This document shows positions 19,617 to 30,621 of a stretch of DNA of 64,000 nucleotides, one piece after another; position 1 is the first letter of the stretch; every line of letters begins with the position of its first letter. A model generated the notes under the pieces. The model saw only the letters and a program-made list of their open reading frames with translations. It was not told where the DNA came from and ran no database searches. Source of the DNA: Setoptus koraiensis (taxonomy: Eukaryota; Animalia; Arthropoda); NCBI GenBank assembly GCA_048013815.1, contig CM106585.1, forward strand, positions 17,732,001 to 17,796,000. The letters run 5' to 3'. The translations under genes and the position numbers were made by a program.

Positions 19617-20027
19617 GATAACATTAGCTGCAGAAACTATTGGTGATTGTTCTTGCAAAGACAACTTATAGCAATGTACACACGTTGACCATCAGACGGT
19701 CATCTCAAAGAATCCACGTGATTCACGTATAAATTATCCACACCTATGTGCGCGTTGCGCACTGTGCTCACAGTGAGCGGCCCAAGTGATCCCGATTTTC
19801 CCTGGTTGGTAGTGGAAAAATCCTGTCCCCCCCATCACTGGAAATCTGAGATTTTTTTCGTTTCAAAAATGGCGCCCAGAAAATGAAAATAAATAGAGAC
19901 CCTGAACCAGCTTCATTATTTTCGGCGCTCAACGGCGTGAACTGGGTCCTAAACATTCCATTATCATTACCATCATTATTATTATCTCATTTATTTAACA
20001 TCGTTATTTATTACATTATCTAGAGCC

Positions 20028-20699
20028 ATGTCTAGGGTCGATCAGTCAAGCGTGATTACGTTGCCCGAAGGCCTGTTGGATCTGACAGAAAATCCGAGCT
20101 TTTTGCGGAATAGCACCGTCAATAACACCACCAAAATGGTTGAACTTTCGCGACTCACTAATCGCACTAAACTCAATCCTCCAGTTCCGCCAGCTACTAT
20201 GCAAACTAAATCATGTATTGGACAAGTATGTAAGGAACGCGATGACGCTAGGCAGGAATGTTTCAATCTAAAAGTAAAGCTCTACATGTTGTCTCGTGAC
20301 GACCAATTTGGAAGCGAGCAAGAACAAAGAATAAAAAGAGACATTATTGACAAATATGAGAATGATATAAAATCTTTAAAGCAAGAGATTGATAGACTGA
20401 AAAAAAATGGAGCACCAGATGTCAAACATACTTCTGACAAGCATGTACAAACAGAAGATCTACCGAAACAAATCCCCTACTCGAACACAATGCCAAATTT
20501 ACGCCCCAAATTATCAACTATAGCACCAGCAGCACCTTTAGCACCCATCAGTTTGTCCAGCTTACATTCCCTTTCTGACAATGGACCTAATGCTCAGATT
20601 GAAAAGAACATAAAGAAACTCATCAAGAGGATCAGTCAATACATGAAGACATCGGTAGAAAATATTAAAGCAAGTCAGTATTCCAATGACTCAGACTGA
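20028..20699 (+). CDS. 223-aa protein with a centrosomin motif 1 (CM1 / gamma-TuNA)-like segment
   Basis: RDDARQECFNLKVKLYML followed by a coiled coil (ENDIKSLKQEIDRLKK) resembles CDK5RAP2/Cnn LKKENFNLKLRIYFL. Confidence 0.65.
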   Translation: MSRVDQSSVITLPEGLLDLTENPSFLRNSTVNNTTKMVELSRLTNRTKLNPPVPPATMQTKSCIGQVCKERDDARQECFNLKVKLYMLSRDDQFGSEQEQRIKRDIIDKYENDIKSLKQEIDRLKKNGAPDVKHTSDKHVQTEDLPKQIPYSNTMPNLRPKLSTIAPAAPLAPISLSSLHSLSDNGPNAQIEKNIKKLIKRISQYMKTSVENIKASQYSNDSD

Positions 20700-22926
20700 T
20701 AGTAATATTCCTGATTTGTTCGCTAATGCAACAAGGCGAAGTTTTTTTAAAGATGTAATAAACTGTTCTGTGGCCGCCATTAATTCAATTGAGGTACCAT
20801 TACAACTTATGGGAAATCTATGGAATGTGACTCCGAAAAACTTGGACGCATACTTGACCGTTCATCAAGAGGACTTCCAACGGAATCAAATAGTGTTTAC
20901 CTTTCATGATTTTCCTCGTTTGTCATCGAAGAATTCATCTCGACCTTTAAACGAATTCCACCCTGTTGATAGAAGATACATAGCGGGCGTTGCACTATGG
21001 GCAATACCACCACTTTTATTGATGATGATTAGTTTCATAGCGATAGTTATATTTAGTAGATATGAATTGTATAACGTACCTGATTATAGAATATTGAAAA
21101 AATTCAAGACAGTAGGTTTGAGAAAAAAACTTATTGAGATTGTTGCAGGAAAGAAGGGATTAGATCTAGAGGACTTAAGTCCATCAATCTTAACAGACAT
21201 TGAACTCAACCGGGGTCCATCTACTTTCTTTTTGCCAATATTATCATTATTGTCAGTTGTGCTTGCTATTGCTGTTCTCATAGGTAGCTTCCAAATGCAA
21301 TATGCGGTGCACCAAGTCCGTGAAGATTTCAAAAAATTATCAGTAATAACCACTGAAATTCAATCCAATGTCAGCTATTTCAAGAAAGAATTTTCAGATT
21401 CAGCCCAACAGATTCAGACAGTTTGCGCAGATTCATTCATAAACTTGTGCCTCAGTATGGATTCTAAAGTAATTGCTGCCAATAAAACCATGTTTGTCTA
21501 CCTGGACATATTTGATGCATATGCAACTTGGGTCATGAAGGATCTATTAGAGTACATGGCAGACTCATTTGTGGGTGTGGATAGACTTAGATTTCCAGTG
21601 ACTTTATTTTTTGTTATGATTGTAATAACAATGAATGTTGTACTTATTTATGGAATACTCTATACGACCACTTATGATATTATAAGACTGCACAGCTTCT
21701 TTGGTTCTGTTGCCATGTTCATTGGGTATGTTTCATGCTCAATATTTTTGGTTTTAATAATATTCGGCTCGGATTTTTGCACCAACCCGGAAAAATATTT
21801 CATATCATTCACTAGCCCAGCATATCCCTGGCAAGCTGAATTCTTCATATATTTCGCACATTGCAATCCTAATGCTGAGTGCGATATTCAAGAAATTGAA
21901 ATTTTGAAGTCTATCAAAAAATATCTCGTTCCAGTCGCTAATGTATTATCAGCCTGCACTCCGATTTGTACAGGAAGCTTCACACCTAACGTGTGCAAGG
22001 CAACCGTTATTTTCAGCAACTTAATGAAAGGTTTCACTACCGCACTGAAGAACATTATGAATCATGTTTGTTGTGATCCCATACATGCGCTTTATGTTGA
22101 TGTAGCCTCTAGTCTTTGTGACACTATGATTACAGGGGTCTATATCAGCTTAATAACAACTTTGATAAGTGCTGTATTTTACACAGTTTTTGCCATAGTA
22201 TCAAGTCAATTGTATATAGCACTGCAGAAGCAAGAATCAGCAATCAAATCTGAATTAAAACAAATTGAGAGATTGGCCCAAGCCGAAATTAGCGGCCCAT
22301 CAGATGAACCTGTTGATGTACCCGATGGCGATCCAGAGAAGGCAACGAAAACAATCAAAAGAGCAATTAATCTACCTAGGAAATACCCACAAATAGGACT
22401 GCCGCCTCTCATAGCGAGTTTCGCCAAGCACTCGTTTTTGTCTTTAGACAGAGGACAAAGACAATTTGTTGTGACAAATCGACCCCCAAAAAGAAGGAAA
22501 AGAAATAAATACTTGGTGAACCTGTTTACTGGTCACAAGCGTGCTAACTTGATTCCAACGCCCCAACCAATCGATGATCACGAGCCACCGCTCAAGCGTC
22601 CGAAATCCCTGAAACAAAGGATGGGACTAGAGATCGCGAAAACAGAGAGATCGGCCAAGTTAGGAAGGCCCGGATCTCCTCCCGACGAGGGCCCCAAATC
22701 ACCAGGTGCCGATGAAAAATCTCTCAGGAAGAGTGCCAAATCAAACAAAGGTGAAGCTAAGTCGCTCAGAAAGAGTGTTAAATCTATCAAATCTGGCCCT
22801 AAATCGGCTAAATCAAATAGGTCTATCAAATCGGGCCCTAAATCGGCTAAATCAAATAAGTCCTTCAAATCGGGTCGTAAATCGGCTAAATCAAAAAAGT
22901 CTATCAGATCGAAAACATCTATGTAA
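20686..22926 (+). CDS. tty: Divergent tweety (TTYH) family membrane protein with a Lys-Ser repeat tail
   Basis: FHDFP...FHPVDRRY, five hydrophobic helices, GSDFCTNP, CCDPIHALYVDVASSLCD. The downstream ATG at 20809 may be the real start. A 39-bp repeat (PKSAKSNRSIKSG) starts at 22801, 22840 and 22879. Confidence 0.82.
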   Translation: MTQTDSNIPDLFANATRRSFFKDVINCSVAAINSIEVPLQLMGNLWNVTPKNLDAYLTVHQEDFQRNQIVFTFHDFPRLSSKNSSRPLNEFHPVDRRYIAGVALWAIPPLLLMMISFIAIVIFSRYELYNVPDYRILKKFKTVGLRKKLIEIVAGKKGLDLEDLSPSILTDIELNRGPSTFFLPILSLLSVVLAIAVLIGSFQMQYAVHQVREDFKKLSVITTEIQSNVSYFKKEFSDSAQQIQTVCADSFINLCLSMDSKVIAANKTMFVYLDIFDAYATWVMKDLLEYMADSFVGVDRLRFPVTLFFVMIVITMNVVLIYGILYTTTYDIIRLHSFFGSVAMFIGYVSCSIFLVLIIFGSDFCTNPEKYFISFTSPAYPWQAEFFIYFAHCNPNAECDIQEIEILKSIKKYLVPVANVLSACTPICTGSFTPNVCKATVIFSNLMKGFTTALKNIMNHVCCDPIHALYVDVASSLCDTMITGVYISLITTLISAVFYTVFAIVSSQLYIALQKQESAIKSELKQIERLAQAEISGPSDEPVDVPDGDPEKATKTIKRAINLPRKYPQIGLPPLIASFAKHSFLSLDRGQRQFVVTNRPPKRRKRNKYLVNLFTGHKRANLIPTPQPIDDHEPPLKRPKSLKQRMGLEIAKTERSAKLGRPGSPPDEGPKSPGADEKSLRKSAKSNKGEAKSLRKSVKSIKSGPKSAKSNRSIKSGPKSAKSNKSFKSGRKSAKSKKSIRSKTSM

Positions 22927-23196
22927 CAGCACAAATCAAAAGAATCAACGTAAAAATCTTATATATACTTAAGTAGTGTTGTAAAGTTGGTAAAAGATAA
23001 TCAAATCAATTGAATGAAAGACAACCGGACAACTAGCGATTAAGCACCGAGGTTTGAGGAGGCTACTTAATTGTTGACTAATGAATATCTGATCAGAATG
23101 GTCATACAGATAGAATGATAGTTGTTCTTTGATAGGTCTTGACTCTATTGTGTCCAGAAGTGTCCATATCGTGCACATATTGCACGAACTTCTCCA

Positions 23197-25563
23197 TTAG
23201 GTAGCCGATCCCTTTTCCGTTCTATTGCACCGTAGACAATTCGATATGGTGTGGACGACATGGTCAATGGCCTGGCGAGGTGTTGGCCAACGGTGATCTT
23301 TTATTTCATTAGAAGCTCGCGGTTTGCTTCCTTTATTAGAACCAATAGCCTGGGATTGATCTTTTCGCGACATCTGTGTAATTTCAGAGTTTAATTTACC
23401 ACTCTCTCTTTCGTTGTTGCGCTCCCTGGACATCAGTATCAGATTATATAAGAAAATAATTCTTTGTCGTTCTCTGTAAGGATAAAAGAAGGCACAAATT
23501 AAACGGCGCAATCTAAGAGAATAGATATTTAATTGATCCAATAGAAGGTAGGCAAGCACAACTAACAATAGTCTACAATAGAATGTATAGCTAGTTTGGT
23601 GAGGATTCGGTAGACATTTCTCTGTCGTTGTTGAAACATCTAATATGTAAAGGGAGTTAATATGACTCACAATTTTTCTCACTATTTCTGCCACACTGCC
23701 AGTTCCTTCAACTGTAACATTCACTTGATGTATTCCTGTTTGTCTAATAGAAACCATTGAATGCGATTTGACAGACAATAATATGGAGGCGAATAAGTTG
23801 TCCATATAGATTAGGCCTAATGCAAATACGGTCATCAATATAAACACCACTATGGATGTACGATTTTTGTCTGATTCCTCCTTGGTGCGACGACAGCACG
23901 AATACATCGACAAGTACAATTTATTCTCATCTTTTGTCAGTGGCAACACTGTTGGTCTTTTGAGGACCTTTCGTTTTGCATCTATCTGGCGAAAGTAGCC
24001 AGTTATGTAGATATTATCGTATCTGATTCTTGAGAGATATTTTCCATGATAAGAGTAGGCACTAATGAGAACACTGAGAAAAACAATGCTGGTGATAATG
24101 TTTATAAGCAATGTCAAAGAGTTGATGGTTGTATCTTTGGTTTGAAATAACGACTCTACAACGTCCAGAATAGAGTTTAAAGTGGAATTAAGAGGGCTAT
24201 CTGTCTGAACCTCAGTCAAGTTAGCTGATATTGAATCATTTTTTATGTTTTTACTTAATTGGGTGAGGTTACTTTTGGCTTGATTCATTTTAACAGTAAA
24301 ATGCAATCTACCATTTTGTGTTGCACCGAATTCACGGCTCAACTCACTGAGACCCTCCCGAACTCGACGAAATGCATTTGAGAAATCCGTGGAAAATTTT
24401 TGTTGTGTGTTAGTTGGATCTTTTTTTTCGTCAATTGTTAGCCCCAACATATTGCTTGAATTTTCCACATTACAGATTTGCCTCTGAGCGGCCTGTATGA
24501 GCCAAGCGCAAAAGTTTTCAGGTGTCACAAATGAACAAAATGGCACGGTCAATGCACTTCCCAACCATCCCAATGTAAGATAGCATGTCCGTCTTATTTC
24601 TTGTGATTGCATTATGCAACCATCTTTGGCCCGTTCAATCATTGCATGACATGTCAATTCTATATTAGTTTTGAATGAATTAGAGCCATCCAGTAGATTT
24701 TTAGTGGCGTTGGCTGACAGGAAAAATTTGTTTGAAATTGACGGAGGTAGGCCAATATCAGCTTGAAATTCAAGACTACGGTTTGCTAAATCGCCCTTGA
24801 CGCTCACATTGAATGCTTGGGCCAGCAAATCTTGCAGTGTCTGATTAAATAGAGCACCTTTATTGTTTACCGATTGATCGCTGTCCGGGAGCTTATTCTC
24901 TGTTGCTGTTACTGTTGTTGTTTCCATCGGCCATTGCACAGACTTCTGGCCAGGAGCTTCAATTTGTTTGTTAAGCACATTGAATAATTCAATGAGCTTG
25001 TCTGTTTCTTGTCCAATCTTAAGTAGATTTTCATGGTGGGATCCCACTAGAACCTCGGTCAACGGATTGAATATGAGTTTGATTCGTGCATTCAATTGTT
25101 GCACAATCATGAGGAAGACGCACTCAATAACACGAGCCGACTCGAGTGCATTTGAGGCCAAATGAGAGAAAGGATTTTTAATTAGTGAGGCGAATATAGA
25201 GGCCAGTATAAAATTTTGTCCAGCCAATCCTAGAATTGTTGGTATGATCAATATCGCTATAGTGCGCACGCTAATACAAAAGACAAACAATATGGTACAA
25301 ATAAGTACGAAAATCCCTCTGGCGAGCGTATGACCATCGTCTTTTTGTTTGGAAACTGCTGTAACGGACAGCATTTCTATTGACGGTATCACAACAATTT
25401 GCCATATCAACAAACTGAAGGCCAGCCCGTAGAATATTCTCGCTATGAGGCAGATGAACAATAAGCTAGAGTTGGCCAAAGTAAATCTTCGCACAAATTT
25501 AAACAACTTTTTCGCCTGTCTTGATATTTTATAATTAATGCTGCGGGCAGAATTGTTTGGCAT
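23197..25563 (-). CDS. DCST1: DC-STAMP domain protein 1 (DCST1 / Sneaky / SPE-49-like), intronless
   Basis: RTIAILIIPTILGLAGQNFI, RYDNIYITGYFRQIDAKR...PTVLPL, EKCLPNP and LRLRRLICAFFYPYRERQRIIFLYN. Ends just after a single CLRC. Confidence 0.86.
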   Translation of the reverse strand: MPNNSARSINYKISRQAKKLFKFVRRFTLANSSLLFICLIARIFYGLAFSLLIWQIVVIPSIEMLSVTAVSKQKDDGHTLARGIFVLICTILFVFCISVRTIAILIIPTILGLAGQNFILASIFASLIKNPFSHLASNALESARVIECVFLMIVQQLNARIKLIFNPLTEVLVGSHHENLLKIGQETDKLIELFNVLNKQIEAPGQKSVQWPMETTTVTATENKLPDSDQSVNNKGALFNQTLQDLLAQAFNVSVKGDLANRSLEFQADIGLPPSISNKFFLSANATKNLLDGSNSFKTNIELTCHAMIERAKDGCIMQSQEIRRTCYLTLGWLGSALTVPFCSFVTPENFCAWLIQAAQRQICNVENSSNMLGLTIDEKKDPTNTQQKFSTDFSNAFRRVREGLSELSREFGATQNGRLHFTVKMNQAKSNLTQLSKNIKNDSISANLTEVQTDSPLNSTLNSILDVVESLFQTKDTTINSLTLLINIITSIVFLSVLISAYSYHGKYLSRIRYDNIYITGYFRQIDAKRKVLKRPTVLPLTKDENKLYLSMYSCCRRTKEESDKNRTSIVVFILMTVFALGLIYMDNLFASILLSVKSHSMVSIRQTGIHQVNVTVEGTGSVAEIVRKIVSHINSLYILDVSTTTEKCLPNPHQTSYTFYCRLLLVVLAYLLLDQLNIYSLRLRRLICAFFYPYRERQRIIFLYNLILMSRERNNERESGKLNSEITQMSRKDQSQAIGSNKGSKPRASNEIKDHRWPTPRQAIDHVVHTISNCLRCNRTEKGSAT

Positions 25564-25997
25564 TGTACATCGGCCAATCGTTAAAAATAGTTGCGAAGGA
25601 AGCTTGGAATTTCTTCTCGTGAATTACCACATTCACACCATAACCAGTGCAATTGCCTACATTCTGATGGTGAAGCCATCCCAGCAGACTCTCTTTTGAT
25701 ACTAAAAAACGAAATTATTCTTTGGATCAAGCCGCGCGCCCCTCAATTGTCTATAAGTCACCTTGTCGTCTATATCACGAGTCGCGTAAGTTATTTCTGA
25801 AATGTTTCTTCTCGCTTGCGGGCATATCTAAGTATTGATATAATCGTTGAATTTTTATTGTCCAATTGGACCATTTATTTGTGGATATTTTCACGATACA
25901 ATTTGATATATATTCTTTATCAATAAGAAGTAAAGGAATTCCATGAAAATATTACTATATTGCTGGCTGGTCAACTATCAGAGTGCAAGTGGCTTTT

Positions 25998-27500
25998 ATG
26001 GAGCCCAACAAGCAAATAACTAAGTCTAAACTGACCAGTGAGAGCTCGGAACAGGATGGCAAACAACAAAACAGCAACACTCAGGGTAAAGAAATTAAAT
26101 CATCGCCTACTCCTTTCTTTCCTTCTAGCACTATAAATGCTAGCAACGACCTTAATTTCGAAAGTTCTGCCACCGATAGCAATTTTTTGGTGGCACCTGC
26201 AGGTCCAAGCTCAAATGGTACAAAAAAGCCCACCTCCAAAAATAAGACTGCACACACTGTGAAGCCAGTTCAAACAATTATACCAACTTCCGTTTTTCAT
26301 CCAGTTGATGAGACAGACCATCAGCTACAACTGACACGTTCAATGCAACAACCATCTCAACAACTTAATCGATCGCTGATGCAGCCACCTCTGCATCAAG
26401 GGCAGCTGCAAAAACAGCAACAACTTCCTTCGCAAATGCAATCGAAATTGCAACCATCAAAACCAAAGTCACCACGCGCGCAACCAGCCCAAAAACAAAC
26501 TTCCGCCTCTTCAAAGTCGAGCTCCTCTGTAGGCCCGAATCAGATGCCCTCTATACCTATACATTCGCAAACATCGGGCCCGCCAATGTCTAAATTGCTA
26601 ACTCCGAAGCCTGCCCATCCTGCGGCTAATAAGCAACACTTGGATGTGCTTTGTCCGGCTGTCAAACGTATGGGCTACACATCTAATCCGCAAGAGACCA
26701 TTGGAGAGGGCGCTTTCAGTCGTGTCTACAGGGCCAGGAGTTCTTCCATTCCCAACAAGGATATAGCTGTGAAGATCGTACGCGTCGACGATCCAAATAT
26801 ACCACAAGCATGGAAGGATCACTCGATGAAGAGAGAACTGAAAATACTCAAGAAAGTCAAACATCCAAATGTGATTACCGTTTACGATGTTGTAAAAACA
26901 AGAACACGAATTTACATCTTTATGGATTTGGCCGCCACATCGGTGGCCAGCCATCTAGAGGCAACAGAGCAGCCGGCTAGCGAGCAGACAGCACAAACAT
27001 GGTTCGGAGGTATCTCTAATGCTATTGCCTATTTACATCAGTGTGAGATAGCCCATCGTGATATAAAAAATGAGAACATTTTAATTGATTCGCAAGGGAA
27101 CGCAAAATTAACAGATTTTGGTTTTGCCTGTTTCACCTTTGACAAAGTGAAAAAAAGTCAAATACTTGCTAAGACCTCCTGTGGAACTAAGGCCTACGTG
27201 GCACCTGAGGTATTTAATCCGCCGTACAATCCAAAAATCGCTGATGTTTGGTCTCTGGGAGTGTGTCTATTTGAGACAGTGACTCTGTTGCAACCATTTA
27301 GAGACGACCTACCGATAGCTGTGTTTGTAAAAAGACAGCTGGAAAAGGGTCTTGTTTTGACAAATCAAGTTAAAGAGAAATTAAGTGAGCCATTGTTAGA
27401 TTTGCTCAAAAAAACGATCGAGCCAAACGTGAATAAAAGATTGAGATCGGAAGCCTTACTGATCCATCCGTGGATAAGGTCAGCGAGATCCTCTCTGTAG
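25998..27500 (+). CDS. TSSK: Testis-specific Ser/Thr kinase (TSSK)-like, with a long Gln/Ser/Pro N-terminus
   Basis: GEGAFSRVY, IAVK, HRDIKNENIL, TDFGFA, TSCGTKAYVAPE, YNPKIADVWSLGV. ATG at 25998. Confidence 0.85.
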   Translation: MEPNKQITKSKLTSESSEQDGKQQNSNTQGKEIKSSPTPFFPSSTINASNDLNFESSATDSNFLVAPAGPSSNGTKKPTSKNKTAHTVKPVQTIIPTSVFHPVDETDHQLQLTRSMQQPSQQLNRSLMQPPLHQGQLQKQQQLPSQMQSKLQPSKPKSPRAQPAQKQTSASSKSSSSVGPNQMPSIPIHSQTSGPPMSKLLTPKPAHPAANKQHLDVLCPAVKRMGYTSNPQETIGEGAFSRVYRARSSSIPNKDIAVKIVRVDDPNIPQAWKDHSMKRELKILKKVKHPNVITVYDVVKTRTRIYIFMDLAATSVASHLEATEQPASEQTAQTWFGGISNAIAYLHQCEIAHRDIKNENILIDSQGNAKLTDFGFACFTFDKVKKSQILAKTSCGTKAYVAPEVFNPPYNPKIADVWSLGVCLFETVTLLQPFRDDLPIAVFVKRQLEKGLVLTNQVKEKLSEPLLDLLKKTIEPNVNKRLRSEALLIHPWIRSARSSL

Positions 27501-28129
27501 AATAACTACTTGATTCCAGCTTTATTTTATTGAATACGAGTTGTTCGCTTGGGAGCCTCTTAGCGAGCAGAGCTGAATTGGATTCCTATTTATATTCTTC
27601 TGCCAATTTGTGATGCCAGAGAAGGAGATCCATCCAAAATTTACAGTGGCAGAGGCAGAATTCTGCTTCTTTCGACTTCGGCGTCTCTGGATTTTTCGCG
27701 TTGTTTTCTTACTCAGCTATCTGAACGTTGAGTTTAAATTTGATTTCAATGATGGTTTATACACTTGTAATTGAATCGAGTTTAGCGCTCAAGTGAGCCT
27801 CGAAAGTCTAGTAGTTGAGTTAGGACTAGAAACATATTTTCGGAATCGCTGAAAAATATTACAGTTTGGGGCCCATTTTCTCCCTTTATTGTATATACTG
27901 GATAAGAAAGTGGCCTTGCAAACTATCTGAGTCTCATCCACGGCGATCTGGTTCAATTTGAAATTGTTTTAATCCATCGACGCAAAGTATCTTTGCCGAT
28001 CAAATTTGATATTTCATCCCCAGGAAAATTTTAATCGGGAGATACGATCATCTACCTTGTTGGTCTTAGATAAATTGTACTATCACCTAAACAAAAAGTC
28101 CTGGACAAAAGTCGAAAAATAGTCAGCAA

Positions 28130-29707
28130 TCATCTAGGCATTGTATGTGAGAATATTCCTTCGCTCTCTTCAAATAATTTGTAATATCTACAGATGAAAT
28201 GAAGAAGTGAAGCAGCTATTTTAGCTCCTATATATAAATATCCTGTGCCGTAGCTAATTGGATTTGAGTGGGCTCTATCGGTAATAATTGAATCCTTGCA
28301 CCCTTTTGGATGAACAAATATAGACGACATGTAGCAACCATTTCCTTTGTTTAATGCATTTCGGGCTGTTCCGCCTAAACAACAGAAATCAGGTAGTCTC
28401 TCCGATTCATTGACATCCGTTGTTGGTAGGGTATCTGGGAATGAAGTATCATAATAAGTAGAGCCTGACTTATCATGGTTTATTGTCTGCATCTCAATAT
28501 TATCTGAATCAACCTTGCCAACGGATTTCAACTGATTAGTATAAATTAGATAATCACTAGTACTCATTTTTTTATCTAACAATTCTTCTGGTATTATACC
28601 GTTGCCATAAGATAATTGAATCCTTTGCAAGTCATTGTTCTCTTCTATATTTTCGCTGTAAAAACCATTAGTTGATCCGGCTGATAATTGATCAAGCTTA
28701 TCTACCATGGGCACGATATACTGCTGATCAAACAATGGTGGCAATGTTGTAGATGACTCTTGAACGTTGTCGAAATTCCCATATTGAGCCGCTGCATCTG
28801 CTGACATTAGATCCATTTTTGGCTGAGTTGCAGTTTGAGTGAAATCGGTTGTAGAGTAGATTCCTGGTGCAAAAAAACTGTTTTGCTGCATTGATGTCAT
28901 AGTGTCTTCATATTTCCATGAAGAATTAACGCCTAACCAGTCTTCGGGAGAACTCCAACCACAACATCTTCTGTACAGATGCATATAGAATATTTCGCTA
29001 CACCCGTCTATACTATTGCACGATATGAGAGTATTGCGACGATGCATGAACTCCATGTATTGTTGCTTAAGGATTATATCCTCATATATATCTTCGAATG
29101 AACGAGTTTCATTATTACTATAGTTATGTGATTCGATTGGCTGCGATGATTCGTTTAATGGGGGTTGGAAACCTGTTGATTGTGTAGTGTTTCAAGAGAT
29201 AGAAGACACCAATCGACAGAAGAATTCGACAGGAAAAGATGACGATGGCGTTAGTTTTTTTTTTGTTCGATACAAAAATGTCACCAAGTAAAGAAAAAAT
29301 AAGGCTCTTAGTTTGTTCGAAAACCTATTTTTTAACTCACCTGAGACCCTCGTTTGATCTATGTTGGGACTAACCAATGATGATGCTGGTTTCTTCTGAT
29401 TTATAATTAGCATGATAAACAAAATAAATGTGCTAGATAATAGATTGATTGCATCATAATTGACATGTTTCTCTATGTAGCCCGACATGCAGCTTAATAC
29501 CATCATAGTTATTGCTAACCAATTAAGAAGCAACAATACTAAAAATAGACAACTAGCTAATATAAGATCACTGTCATCGTTAACTAGACCCTTATAAAGA
29601 GTATATGGTAGAGTTGCTACCAACAAGTGGGTACCAATAGTAATTTCGCATAAGGTTGTCATGGCTACCACGAAAGATAGTAAAAACATTATCCATGATG
29701 AGTCCAT
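28130..29707 (-). CDS. Tetraspanin-like protein with a greatly enlarged extracellular loop: join(29707..29341, 29172..28130)
   Basis: TMs lie in the 29192-29917 ORF. Donor CTCAG|GTGAGT at 29340 and acceptor CAACAG| at 29173 (168-nt phase-1 intron) join it in frame to the 28130-29056 ORF, which carries RRCCGW, PDFCC and GNGCY. The start codon is uncertain. Confidence 0.7.
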
Positions 29708-30621
29708 GATAATAGACGCCGAAAAGATAATATTTGATCTAGTAGCTGGACATAGTTGAAACACTGAGCTAATAGCGATAGATTCAGGCAAGTGCGAGAG
29801 GAATTCGATCAAACAAAGGCTCTCATCAATGCAAAAGACATTTCTCTTCTCCTTGCTACTGTGTTCCTTTATATTTGATCCTTTCCAATGGAATTCATCT
29901 ACATTTGAGTGAGTCAAAAGATTGATTTAGCTACCCCTCTTCAATGAAATGGACATCTAGATGGTAACTACATGTAGCTAATCAACTAGTCATCAGTGAA
30001 TTTAAACCCCCAATTTCACCTTACCAAACGACTGACACACGCTAAGATAATGACAAAAGCATGAATGTGAAATGATGAGTGGACGCGTGTATGAGTGCAG
30101 AAAATCAACATGTAAATCAATGATGCAACTTTTACATGAGGCAATAGACTATTCATTTGAGCCTAAATGACTATGTGTGAGAGAGGATGCAATCACAGTT
30201 TATTTGCAACTCGTGATGAGTTGCATTTCACGCGCTCTCAACTCAATCACTTGACATTTCGTCTGACATGTTGAACTAGATTTTTTTTCGATCTTTTTCT
30301 ATTGTTTGCTAAAAACGGCCAATAATCATCATCGATTATTGACTGGCAACGTGTTTTTTTTTTGTTATTCGCTCTACAGGCGATTTTGAGACAAACGACT
30401 CTAAAGATTGTATCTTGTTCCTGTAGTAATCGGATCATTTTGCCTTCCTCCTGTAGAGGACATTACAATCCACTTATTACAGTTATAACATAGTGCGTAT
30501 AATTATCGTTGTTCCAGTTATATGCATGAATAGGCTAATGAATTTAAAAGAAGACATAATATTGGTATGATGATAATATCAGTTTATTTAATGTGGACAA
30601 ATTGTTGATTGTATAGCTAAG

